64,000 nucleotides of DNA from the NCBI GenBank assembly GCA_045645405.1, contig JAZRIQ010000004.1, forward strand, positions 5,817-69,816, written 5' to 3'. The DNA comes from Eubacteriales bacterium. Its GTDB lineage: Bacteria; Bacillota; Clostridia; Oscillospirales; CAG-272. The notes below the pieces were generated by a model. That model did no database searches and was not told the origin of the DNA. It worked only from the letters and a program-made list of their open reading frames with translations. Position numbers and translations under genes: made by a program. Positions 38,484 to 48,065 of the stretch are shown here, in pieces (within the stretch, counting starts at the first letter, position 1; the number at the start of each line of letters is the position of its first letter).

Positions 38484-38625
38484 TTTAAATAAAGTATTGT
38501 CAGTTTCAACAGATGTTTGCAACAAAAATTTGAATTTTGTATGCTATTGACTATTGAAATTACAGAAAATTAAGTTTATAATATATTATGAATTAGAAGT
38601 TTTGAACGGTGGTGATGTTTTTGTA

Positions 38626-39642
38626 ATGAAGAATGCTGACAACAATATCGCTGCCTTTTATTTTCACCGTGGAATAAATCATTTTTCTTATGATTATTTT
38701 GGTTGCCAAGAAAAAAATGTGGATGCCGGTTATGAGTATGTGTTTAGAGTATGGGCGCCGAGAGCAGATTCTGTTATGCTGGTATCTGATTTTACATCTT
38801 GGGACATCGGTAATAAAATGTCAAAAATATCGGATAACGGTATTTGGGAAATTAAGCTTTTTTCTAAAATTAGACTTACAAATAAGTATTACAAGTTTAA
38901 AATTTGGAATAGTGGAAAATATTATTATAAGGCGGATCCCTATGCATTTCAGTCCCAATATAGCGGAGAATGTGCATCTATTATTTCGGACAATTCTATT
39001 TTTCAATGGAAAGATGAAAATTGGTTAAATTATAGAAAAAAACAAATTTCACTCTCAATAAATTCTGATGAAAATGTTCAAAATTGTTCTCATAATATAT
39101 GTAAGCTTGATTTGTCGTTTTTGATAAACGGTCAAGTAGAAGAAAAAATAGATGAAATTTTTTCAAATTTAAAGAAAATGGGATTTACTCATATTGAGTT
39201 TTCACCTTTTGCCAAGCAAATTTCTGACGGTCTTGAGTATAATTCTTTTGGCTTTTTTTCCACGGGTCCGCAGTTTGAAACACCTCATAAACTTAAACTT
39301 TTCATTAACAAAGCACATAGGTGTGGCATAGGCGTGATTTTAAAATGGCTGTCCTATTTAATTAGCGATGAAAAGCACGGACTTTATGAATTTGACGGAA
39401 TGCCTCTTTATGATAAAAGCTATGCAAATGGGAATTCAAAAGGTTTTAATTTGGAAAAGGAAGAAGTTCAATCTTTTTTGATTTCAAATGCTATGTTTTG
39501 GTTAAGAAAATATCATATAGACGGCTTAAGGATTGACTGTTTAATCGGGGATGATTTTACAGCTTCGTTTTTAAGAAAACTTAAAGCTTCCATATTAAGT
39601 GAATACCCCGATGAGATTCTTATTTTTGATGACATGAATTGA
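38626..39642 (+). pseudogene. glgB: Truncated, catalytically degenerate 1,4-alpha-glucan branching enzyme remnant (N-terminal CBM48-like domain plus part of the GH13 barrel)
   Basis: 338 codons, against roughly 630-750 for GlgB. Clear GlgB similarity (VWAPRADSV, DNGIWE, KADPYAF, GFTHIE, GLYEFDGMPLY, FLISNAMFWLRKYHIDGLRID). Region I reads ILKWLSYL and the ORF ends at LIFDDMN, where IAE(D/E)ST is expected. Confidence 0.7.
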
Positions 39643-39780
39643 TTTAATATGACAGATATTTATGTCTGCTTGATTAAAATGAACATATAAACTGAAAAGT
39701 CATATAAATTTAAATAATATTCAACACTGAATTTAAGTTTTTTAATTTGGTGAATTGAAAAGTAAGGAGAGTATAAGGCT

Positions 39781-40995
39781 ATGTACAAGAAGAAAGATTG
39801 CGTTGCAATGTTGCTTGCAGGAGGTCAAGGAAGCAGATTATATGCGTTAACCGAAAAAACCGCAAAGCCTGCCGTTACCTTTGGAGGAAAATACAAAATC
39901 ATTGATTTTCCTATGTCAAACTGTATCAATTCGGGAATTTATACAGTAGGTGTTTTAACTCAATATCAACCGCTTGTTTTGAACGAATATATTGGAAATG
40001 GTCAGCCGTGGGATCTTGATAGAATGAACGGAGGAGTTATGGTTCTTCCGCCTTATCAAGGAAAAAATGGTGCGGATTGGTACAAGGGTACTGCAAACGC
40101 TATATATCAAAATTTGAATTTTATTAAAAGATATGACCCCGATTACGTTTTAATTTTATCCGGAGACCATATTTATAAGATGGATTATAACGCTATGCTG
40201 GAGGCTCACAAGGCAACAGGTGCAGATTGTACCATAGCTGTTTTGGAGGTTCCGATTTCCGAGGCTAGCCGTTTCGGTATTATGGTAACCGATGAAACCG
40301 GCAAAATTACTGAATTTCAAGAAAAACCAAAAAATCCTACAAGCACAAAGGCTTCTATGGGAATTTATATTTTTGGTCGTAAGGTGCTGGAAAAGTATTT
40401 GATTGATGATGAAAATACTCCGGGTTCAAGCAACGACTTTGGTAAAAATATTATTCCAAATATGCTTGGTGACGGAATGAAGCTGTTTGCCTATCCTTTT
40501 GAGGGCTATTGGAAGGATGTAGGAACGATAGATAGCTTATGGGAAGCAAATATGGATTTGCTCGGAGATAATCCCGAGTTTAATATTCACGACAAAAAAT
40601 GGAGAATTTTTTCTCGTAACTATGCAGAACCGCCACATTTTATCGGTGATACAGCTAATGTTACCAATTCTATAATCACTGAGGGATGCGATATTGAGGG
40701 AACAGTTGAAAATTGCGTTTTATCAAACGGTGTTATAATCGAAAAAGGCGCAACGGTTAAAGATTCAATAATTATGAGTGGAACTGTTGTAAAATCAGGA
40801 GCAACGGTTAACTATTCTATAGTTGACAGCAACAGCGTCATAGATGAAAATGCAGTTGTTGGAGAGCCTAAAAATATTGCAAACGGTATAGCGGTAATCG
40901 GAAGTGAATTGATTGTAGAAAAAGGTGTGAAAATCCCATCGGGAGCGATGATAAACAATGATTCTTATGACGGTGTAACCGTTATAACAGAGTAA
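39781..40995 (+). CDS. glgC: Glucose-1-phosphate adenylyltransferase
   Basis: [25 protein letters not shown], and the left-handed beta-helix C-terminus. Confidence 0.95.
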   Translation: MYKKKDCVAMLLAGGQGSRLYALTEKTAKPAVTFGGKYKIIDFPMSNCINSGIYTVGVLTQYQPLVLNEYIGNGQPWDLDRMNGGVMVLPPYQGKNGADWYKGTANAIYQNLNFIKRYDPDYVLILSGDHIYKMDYNAMLEAHKATGADCTIAVLEVPISEASRFGIMVTDETGKITEFQEKPKNPTSTKASMGIYIFGRKVLEKYLIDDENTPGSSNDFGKNIIPNMLGDGMKLFAYPFEGYWKDVGTIDSLWEANMDLLGDNPEFNIHDKKWRIFSRNYAEPPHFIGDTANVTNSIITEGCDIEGTVENCVLSNGVIIEKGATVKDSIIMSGTVVKSGATVNYSIVDSNSVIDENAVVGEPKNIANGIAVIGSELIVEKGVKIPSGAMINNDSYDGVTVITE

Positions 40996-41009
40996 GGAGG
41001 TATGAATAT

Positions 41010-42143
41010 ATGTCAACAGCTGGAATAATTTTTTCAAATATTCACGATAATAATATACCGGAGCTTACTCGCAACAGAACTATGGCGTCTGTTCCGTTTG
41101 GTTGCAGATATCGTCTTATAGATTTTGCGCTTTCTAATATGGTAAACTCCAATATTAACAACATAAGTGTAATCACTCACTATAATTATCAATCTCTTAT
41201 GGACCATCTTGGCTCCGGTAAGGATTGGGATTTAGCGAGAAGAGCAGGAGGCATTAAGATTTTACCTCCGTTCATCACAGCTTACGCCAACCATGAAAAT
41301 TCCTTGTATGAAACCAGACTTGAAGCATTAAAGAGCGTTAATCACTCCATTAGCAAAATTTCGGATGATTACGTTGTTTTGTCGGACTGTGACGTTATAT
41401 GTAATATCGACCTTAATGATATGATAAAAAATCATATTGAGAATGATGCCGATATTACGATTGCTGTTAAAAAGGTTAAATTAACGAAGGAACAGGCAAA
41501 ATCAAACGTACTTTTTGATTCCGATGAAAATGGAAGAATATTTGACGTTCAAGCTTATCCTACCAACTTCGCAGGTGAGGCAGATATAAACCTTAATATC
41601 ATGGTTATGAGCAGACACTATCTACAGGAGATTGTTCTTGATGCTATTGCTCACAATTATACAAGCCTTACTAAAGATGTTATGCTTAAAAATGTAAATC
41701 GCAAGAATTACAGAACGTATAGATATGACGGTTATTTTGCTTGTATCACCTCTTCAGAGGATTACTACAAGTCCAATATGGAGCTTATAAACGATAAAAC
41801 CGTAAGACAACAGTTATTTAGTGTTAAAAACAGACCGATTTATACTAAAGTAAGAAACTCTGCGCCTACGTACTACAGCCCTGACGCAAAAATTAAAAAT
41901 TCTTTGATTGCAGACGGATGTGAAATTTACGGAGAGGTAGAAAACTCTATTATTTTCAGAGGAACAAAAATCGGTAAAGGAACAGTTGTTAAAAACTGTA
42001 TCTTATTCCAAGATACTTTTACAGGTGAAAACGTTAAGTTGAATTGCGTGATTTCAGATAAAAATGTTGTAATAAGAGATAATAAAAATCTTTCCGGTGA
42101 TGAATCTCTTCCATTCTATCTTGCCAAAGGCAAAATGATTTAA
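41010..42143 (+). CDS. glgD: Glucose-1-phosphate adenylyltransferase regulatory subunit
   Basis: GlgC paralogue lacking the GGxGxR loop (IIFSNIHDNNIPELT..ASVPFGCRYRLIDF). In the canonical position after glgC. Confidence 0.9.
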   Translation: MSTAGIIFSNIHDNNIPELTRNRTMASVPFGCRYRLIDFALSNMVNSNINNISVITHYNYQSLMDHLGSGKDWDLARRAGGIKILPPFITAYANHENSLYETRLEALKSVNHSISKISDDYVVLSDCDVICNIDLNDMIKNHIENDADITIAVKKVKLTKEQAKSNVLFDSDENGRIFDVQAYPTNFAGEADINLNIMVMSRHYLQEIVLDAIAHNYTSLTKDVMLKNVNRKNYRTYRYDGYFACITSSEDYYKSNMELINDKTVRQQLFSVKNRPIYTKVRNSAPTYYSPDAKIKNSLIADGCEIYGEVENSIIFRGTKIGKGTVVKNCILFQDTFTGENVKLNCVISDKNVVIRDNKNLSGDESLPFYLAKGKMI

Positions 42144-42159
42144 TTGTAAGGAGAATAAA

Positions 42160-43590
42160 ATGAAAGTATTATTTGTAGGCGCTGAAGCAGTTCCTTTTAT
42201 TTCTACCGGCGGGCTTGGTGACGTTTTAGGCTCATTGCCTCAAGCTCTTGCAAAAAACAAAAATATGGATGTTCGCGTTGTTTTACCTTTGTATAAGAAA
42301 TTAAAGGAAAATTTCGCCGATCAGCTTCAGTACGTTGATAAAACAACCGTGGCGTTATCTTGGAGAAAACAATATTGCGGCATTTTTAAAATTGAATGGG
42401 GTGGGGTAACCTACTATTTCATAGATAACGAATACTATTTTTACAGAGATTCCGTGTATGGCGATTTTGACGATGCAGAAAGATTTGCATTTTTCGGAAA
42501 AGCAGTTCTTGATATTATGCCGATTATTGATTTCTATCCAGATATTATGCATACAAACGATTGGCAAAGCGCTATGTCAGTAATCTATTTAAAAAGAAAG
42601 TATTGTTTGCAGCCTTACTACCGTGATATTAAAACGATTTATACAATTCACAACATAGACTACCAAGGTATCTATTCAATGGCTATTTTAGGGGATGTAT
42701 TCGGCTTGGATTCTTTTGGAGATAGAGAAACTGTTGAGTATAACGGTTGCATCAATCTTACAAAGGGAGCAATAGTATGTACCGATAAAATTTCTACCGT
42801 AAGTCAGAGATATGCAGATGAAATTAAAACGGAGTTTTATTCAAGCGGTTTGCATTATGTATTAAATCTTTACTCGAATAAGCTTACAGGTATAGTAAAC
42901 GGAATAGATACAAATTATTATAATCCTCAAAATGATAATGTAATTATAAAAAATTACACATCAAAGAATTTAAACGGCAAGGCTGAATGTAAAAAATCAT
43001 TACAGGAAATGTGTGGATTTGAACAAAATCCCAATATTCCGATAATATCAATGATTTCACGTCTTGCATCGCACAAGGGATTTGATTTGGTTAAATTTAT
43101 TTTACCTGAAATGCTTGAAATGAACGTACAGTTTGTTCTTTTGGGAACGGGTGAATACGAGCTTGAGGAATATTTTAAAAATATTCAGGATAAATATCCC
43201 AATAAGGTAAAGGCTTTTCTTGAATTTAATAAGGATTTATCAAAGAAAATATATGCCGGCTCGGATATATTTTTAATGCCATCAAAGAGCGAGCCTTGCG
43301 GTCTTGCACAAATGATTTGCTCTGCGTACGGTACCGTTCCTGTGGTTAGAGAAACCGGTGGATTATACGATACTATCAAGCCATATAATAAATTCACAGG
43401 CGAAGGAAACGGATTTACTTTTGCTAATTACAATGCACACGAGATGAAAGATGCTATTGCAAGAGCGGTTGAATTGTTTAGGGACAAAGAAAAATGGGTA
43501 ACTCTTTGTACAAAAGCTATGGAAACTGACTTTTCTTGGGACGCATCTGCGGAAAAATATATTCAGCTTTATAACGAGTTAGCTAACTGA
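42160..43590 (+). CDS. glgA: Glycogen synthase (ADP-glucose type)
   Basis: MKVLFVGAEAVPFISTGGLGDV (KTGGL-type motif); C-terminal SEPCGLAQM. Confidence 0.95.
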   Translation: MKVLFVGAEAVPFISTGGLGDVLGSLPQALAKNKNMDVRVVLPLYKKLKENFADQLQYVDKTTVALSWRKQYCGIFKIEWGGVTYYFIDNEYYFYRDSVYGDFDDAERFAFFGKAVLDIMPIIDFYPDIMHTNDWQSAMSVIYLKRKYCLQPYYRDIKTIYTIHNIDYQGIYSMAILGDVFGLDSFGDRETVEYNGCINLTKGAIVCTDKISTVSQRYADEIKTEFYSSGLHYVLNLYSNKLTGIVNGIDTNYYNPQNDNVIIKNYTSKNLNGKAECKKSLQEMCGFEQNPNIPIISMISRLASHKGFDLVKFILPEMLEMNVQFVLLGTGEYELEEYFKNIQDKYPNKVKAFLEFNKDLSKKIYAGSDIFLMPSKSEPCGLAQMICSAYGTVPVVRETGGLYDTIKPYNKFTGEGNGFTFANYNAHEMKDAIARAVELFRDKEKWVTLCTKAMETDFSWDASAEKYIQLYNELAN

Positions 43591-43702
43591 TATTTAATAA
43601 GGATAACTGTCCTGCAGCTTGTGGGACAGCTTGTCTAATTTTATAGGAAAAACAGGCAACGTGCTATTTTAGTAAAATTGCACGAGAAGGAGAAAACGGT
43701 TA

Positions 43703-46126
43703 ATGAATGAAAAAATTACAAAAGAAACAATAAAAGAAATACTTGAAATTAAGCTTTCGAGATATTTTGGAGTGAATCCGGAGGATGCCAACAAAGAGCA
43801 GATATATAAAGCAACTATTTTGACAATAAAAGATATGCTCACACAAAAAAGGTCTTTATTTAGACATAAAGTGAAGAAAGCACAAGCTAAAAAAATCTAT
43901 TATCTTTGTATGGAATTTTTAATAGGTCGTTCTCTTAAAAATAATCTTCGAAATTTAGACATAGCAGATGAATATTCAAGTGTTCTTAGGGATCTCGGAT
44001 ACGATATAAACGAGATTTATGAAATGGAGCCGGACCCGGGTCTTGGAAACGGCGGTCTCGGTCGTTTAGCAGCTTGCTTTATGGATTCATTAACTTCTCT
44101 AAATTATCCCGGTGACGGTTTTTCGATTTTATACGAATATGGCTTATTTAAGCAGAGAATAATTGACGGAAATCAAGTAGAGCTACCTGATACGTGGCTT
44201 CCCGGAGGGGAATCGTGGCTTGTTCCGAGAACAGATAAGAAGTTTATGGTGCGCTTTGGCGGACAGATTAAGGAAGAATGGCAAAATGACCGTTTGACTA
44301 TCAAATATGAAAACTACGACGAGGTTGAGGCAGTTCCGTATGATATGATGATTTCTGGTGCTGATACCGCTGTTAACAGACTTCGCCTATGGAAGGCTCA
44401 TGACGTAACTAATTTCAATATGAGTCTCTTTTCACAAGGACAGTACGTAAAGGCTATTCAACAGACAACGAATGCAGAGGTTATTTCAAAGGTGCTTTAT
44501 CCATCTGATGAGCATACCGAAGGAAAACTGCTTCGTTTAAGTCAACAGTATTTCTTGGTATCCGCTTCATTACAAAGCATAATAAGCGATCATATAGGCG
44601 CTTATGGTACGCTTTCTAATTTTGCAGACAAGGTTGCTATTCATATAAATGATACTCACCCTGCACTTTGTGTTCCCGAGCTTATGAGAATATTTATGGA
44701 TATTTATAATTACAATTGGGATGATGCTTGGGAAGTAGTAAGAAAGGTAGTTTCATATACTAACCATACGGTTATGCCTGAAGCGCTTGAATGCTGGAAT
44801 GAGGATTTATTTAGCTTCAAGCTACCTAGAATACATTCGATAGTTAAAGAGATTAACAGAAGACTCTGTGAAAATCTTTGGAAAGCTAATCCGGGCGATT
44901 GGGATAGAATATCCAAAATGTCAATTATTGCTTATTCACAGGTAAGAATGGCAAATCTTAGCGTTGTAGCATCGCATACCGTTAACGGTGTTTCAAAGCT
45001 GCATTCCGATATATTGAAAAAGACTGTTTTTCATGATTTTTATAAAGAAAATCCGGGAAAATTTACTAATGTAACAAACGGAATTGCTCACAGAAGATGG
45101 CTTTGCTACTCAAATCCTGAGCTTTCTGCGCTCATAAAAGAGTGCATAGGCGACGGATTTGTGAAAAATCCTCAAGAGCTTGAAAATCTATTAAAATTTG
45201 CTGACGATAAAACGGTTTACAAACGTCTTGCTGAAATAAAGGAGCAGAATAAGCTGAAGCTATCTAAACACGTATTCAATAAAACAGGTATTTGCCTTGA
45301 TACATCATCAGTATTTGACGTTCAAGTGAAGAGAATGCATGAATACAAAAGACAGCTTTTGAATGCTCTCAAGATAATTGCATATTACGTAGAGCTTGAA
45401 GAACATCCACAAAGAGAAGTAACAAAGAAAACCTTTATTTTTGGCGGCAAAGCAGCTCCCGGCTATTATATGGCAAAGGATATTATTAAGTTGATTTGGA
45501 ACTTAAGCGAGGATATAAGAAAGAATACTAAGGTTAATGATAAGCTTTCCGTTGTATACCTTGAGGACTATAACGTCAGCACAGCAGAGCTGCTTATGCC
45601 CGCTTCCGATATTAGCGAACAAATTTCTCTTGCCGGTAAAGAAGCGAGCGGAACAGGTTGTATGAAATTTATGATGAACGGAGCATTAACTATCGGCACC
45701 CTTGATGGCGCGAACGTTGAAATGAGAGATGCTGTTGGAGATGAGAATATTTATATTTTCGGTCTTACAGCAAAAGAGGTAGACGAGCTTTGGGAAAAAG
45801 GATATCGTTCAATTGATTTCTATAACAACAGTGTACGCATAAGAAAAGCAATAGACCGACTAAATAAAGGTTTTAACGGCGTACCGTTTGCTAATATAGC
45901 TAATTATTTAATCGGTGGATACGGAGTTGTTTCAGATCCATATATGTGCCTCGCCGATTTTGATTCTTACTATATTAGATCAGAGGAAATATTCAAGGCA
46001 TATAACAATAAAGAACAGTGGGGAAAGATGTCACTTGTTAATATCGCTAAATCCGGATTTTTTGCAGCTGATAGAAGTGTAAAGGAATATGCAGACAATA
46101 TTTGGCATTTAACAAGTGTTAAATAA
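43703..46126 (+). CDS. glgP: Glycogen/maltodextrin phosphorylase
   Basis: YLCMEFLIGR, GLGNGGLGRLAAC, and the PLP-site region EASGTGCMKFMMNGA. Confidence 0.95.
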   Translation: MNEKITKETIKEILEIKLSRYFGVNPEDANKEQIYKATILTIKDMLTQKRSLFRHKVKKAQAKKIYYLCMEFLIGRSLKNNLRNLDIADEYSSVLRDLGYDINEIYEMEPDPGLGNGGLGRLAACFMDSLTSLNYPGDGFSILYEYGLFKQRIIDGNQVELPDTWLPGGESWLVPRTDKKFMVRFGGQIKEEWQNDRLTIKYENYDEVEAVPYDMMISGADTAVNRLRLWKAHDVTNFNMSLFSQGQYVKAIQQTTNAEVISKVLYPSDEHTEGKLLRLSQQYFLVSASLQSIISDHIGAYGTLSNFADKVAIHINDTHPALCVPELMRIFMDIYNYNWDDAWEVVRKVVSYTNHTVMPEALECWNEDLFSFKLPRIHSIVKEINRRLCENLWKANPGDWDRISKMSIIAYSQVRMANLSVVASHTVNGVSKLHSDILKKTVFHDFYKENPGKFTNVTNGIAHRRWLCYSNPELSALIKECIGDGFVKNPQELENLLKFADDKTVYKRLAEIKEQNKLKLSKHVFNKTGICLDTSSVFDVQVKRMHEYKRQLLNALKIIAYYVELEEHPQREVTKKTFIFGGKAAPGYYMAKDIIKLIWNLSEDIRKNTKVNDKLSVVYLEDYNVSTAELLMPASDISEQISLAGKEASGTGCMKFMMNGALTIGTLDGANVEMRDAVGDENIYIFGLTAKEVDELWEKGYRSIDFYNNSVRIRKAIDRLNKGFNGVPFANIANYLIGGYGVVSDPYMCLADFDSYYIRSEEIFKAYNNKEQWGKMSLVNIAKSGFFAADRSVKEYADNIWHLTSVK

Positions 46127-46134
46127 TTTAACCA

Positions 46135-48027
46135 ATGAGATTTTACGAAAGAAAGTATGTAGAAAAAAATGACGTTTCTTCTTTAGGTGCTTTTTTGATT
46201 AAAACAACTGTTAAATTTAAGCTTTATATTCCAAGAGGATGCGGCGCTACTTCGGTACGCCTGCATCTTTTTGGCGAGGGCATAGAGAATAGGTCGTACA
46301 GGGTGTATGAATTTGACTGGGAAACTTTAAACGGAAAATATGACGTTTATAGCCGTGAAATGATTATGACCGAAATCGGTGTAGGACTTTATTACTATAA
46401 ATACGAAATAAAATCCGACAAGGTAAGGTTTTTTGGGGCTGGAGACAAAGGCACAGAGCTTAAGGAGATAAAAGAAGGTATAAATGATGGTTTAATACAG
46501 CTTTTGGTTCATTTGGATGCGGAAAATAAGCCTGAATGGATAAAAGGCGGCATTATGTATCATATATTCGTTGACAGGTTTAAAAAGAGCGGAAAATGTA
46601 CGCCTAAAGAGTCTGCTGTCATGAATAACGATTGGTATAATGGAATACCTCAATATCCGGATACACCTGGTGGATATGTGGAAAACAATATGTTTTTTGG
46701 TGGTGATTTATACGGAATTATCGAAAAGCTTGATTATATTCAAAGCTTGGGAGTAAATTGCCTGTATTTAAGTCCTATATTTGAAGCATATTCCAACCAT
46801 AAATATGATACGGCAGATTATATGTCCGTTGATTCAATGTTCGGTTCTGAAGAAGCTTTTAAGGAGCTTTTAAGCGAGATCAAAAAAAGAAATATGCACG
46901 TAATTTTGGACGGTGTATTTAATCATACGGGCTCGGACAGCATATATTTTAACAAAAACGGCACGTACAATTCCGTAGGTGCATATCAATCTAAAGACTC
47001 GCCGTATTATGAATGGTATAATTTTGAAGATTTCCCAAACAAGTATGAATGTTGGTGGGGTGTAAAAATTTTACCAAGGGTAAATAGCGAGAATGAAAGC
47101 TATCGCAATTTTATTTTAGGCGATGGCGGTGTGATTGAAAAATGGATGAATATGGGCATCGATGGATTTCGTTTGGATGTTGCGGATGAATTAAGCGATG
47201 AATTTTTGCGAAATTTAAACAAAAAATTAAAAGAAATAAACCCACAAGGCATAATATACGGTGAAGTGTGGGAAGATGCTTCCAATAAAATTGCTTATGG
47301 AAAAAGAAAAAGATATTTCCTAGGGAATGAGCTTGATTCCGTGATGAACTATCCATTTAGAGATGCGGTAATTGAATATATAAAGTACGGCAATTCTGAA
47401 TTGTTTGCTCAAACCTGCAGAACGCTTACTTCACATTATCCGAAAGCAAATGCGGATGTTTTAATGAATATTTTGGGGACTCATGATACGGAAAGAATTT
47501 TAACAGTATTAGGTGGCGAAAACGGAGACGATTATACTAACAAAGAGCTTTCTTCTAAGGTTATGTCGGAGACAGAAAGGAAAAGAGCGATAAATATGCT
47601 CAAATTAGCTTATACAATATTAGCTACCGTTCCTGGCATTCCTTGTATTTATTATGGTGATGAAGCAGGTATGGAAGGTTATCGTGACCCCTTTAACAGA
47701 CGACCTTTTCCTTGGGGAAAAGAAGATAACGAGCTACTCGAGCATTATAGAAAAATAGGCAAAATCAGGACAAATGAAAAGCTTTATAATGACGGATATT
47801 TTGATTTGATCGAATGTACGTCTGAGTTACTTGCGTTTTCAAGATATAATGAAAATGAATTTGTTTTGACAGTAGTTAATAGAAGCAATAGGGAATTTTG
47901 TATAAAATCAAATGTAGCACTTAACGATATAGAAACATGTGAATCTGTAAATTCAGTTTTACCAAATAGCTCAATTATCCTAAAATGCAACTCGAACTAC
48001 AATGATTTATCCATAGAATTTGTATAA
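46135..48027 (+). CDS. GH13 alpha-glycosidase (neopullulanase/cyclomaltodextrinase-like)
   Basis: All four GH13 regions are present: VILDGVFNHTG, GFRLDVADEL, YGEVWED, LGTHDTERI. Confidence 0.85.
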   Translation: MRFYERKYVEKNDVSSLGAFLIKTTVKFKLYIPRGCGATSVRLHLFGEGIENRSYRVYEFDWETLNGKYDVYSREMIMTEIGVGLYYYKYEIKSDKVRFFGAGDKGTELKEIKEGINDGLIQLLVHLDAENKPEWIKGGIMYHIFVDRFKKSGKCTPKESAVMNNDWYNGIPQYPDTPGGYVENNMFFGGDLYGIIEKLDYIQSLGVNCLYLSPIFEAYSNHKYDTADYMSVDSMFGSEEAFKELLSEIKKRNMHVILDGVFNHTGSDSIYFNKNGTYNSVGAYQSKDSPYYEWYNFEDFPNKYECWWGVKILPRVNSENESYRNFILGDGGVIEKWMNMGIDGFRLDVADELSDEFLRNLNKKLKEINPQGIIYGEVWEDASNKIAYGKRKRYFLGNELDSVMNYPFRDAVIEYIKYGNSELFAQTCRTLTSHYPKANADVLMNILGTHDTERILTVLGGENGDDYTNKELSSKVMSETERKRAINMLKLAYTILATVPGIPCIYYGDEAGMEGYRDPFNRRPFPWGKEDNELLEHYRKIGKIRTNEKLYNDGYFDLIECTSELLAFSRYNENEFVLTVVNRSNREFCIKSNVALNDIETCESVNSVLPNSSIILKCNSNYNDLSIEFV

Positions 48028-48030
48028 TTT

Positions 48031-48064
48031 AATCCTACGAGCTTAAGAGCTTGTAGGATTTTAT
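48031..48064 (+). terminator. Terminator of the glycogen cluster
   Basis: AATCCTAC..GTAGGATT hairpin followed by TTTA-rich sequence. Confidence 0.6.
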
Positions 48065-48065
48065 A

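Noticed and set aside
38554-38625. TTG-initiated 5' extension of the glgB-like ORF
   Set aside because: The extension has no similarity to GlgB. The ATG at 38626 is preceded by GGTGGTGA and matches where GlgB-like sequence begins.
43591-43702. Hairpins between glgA and glgP (CTGTCC..GGACAG and CGTGC..GCACG) as a regulatory RNA
   Set aside because: The stems are short, there is no clear U-tract, and no similarity to a known element. This is more likely a weak terminator or processing site, with insufficient evidence.
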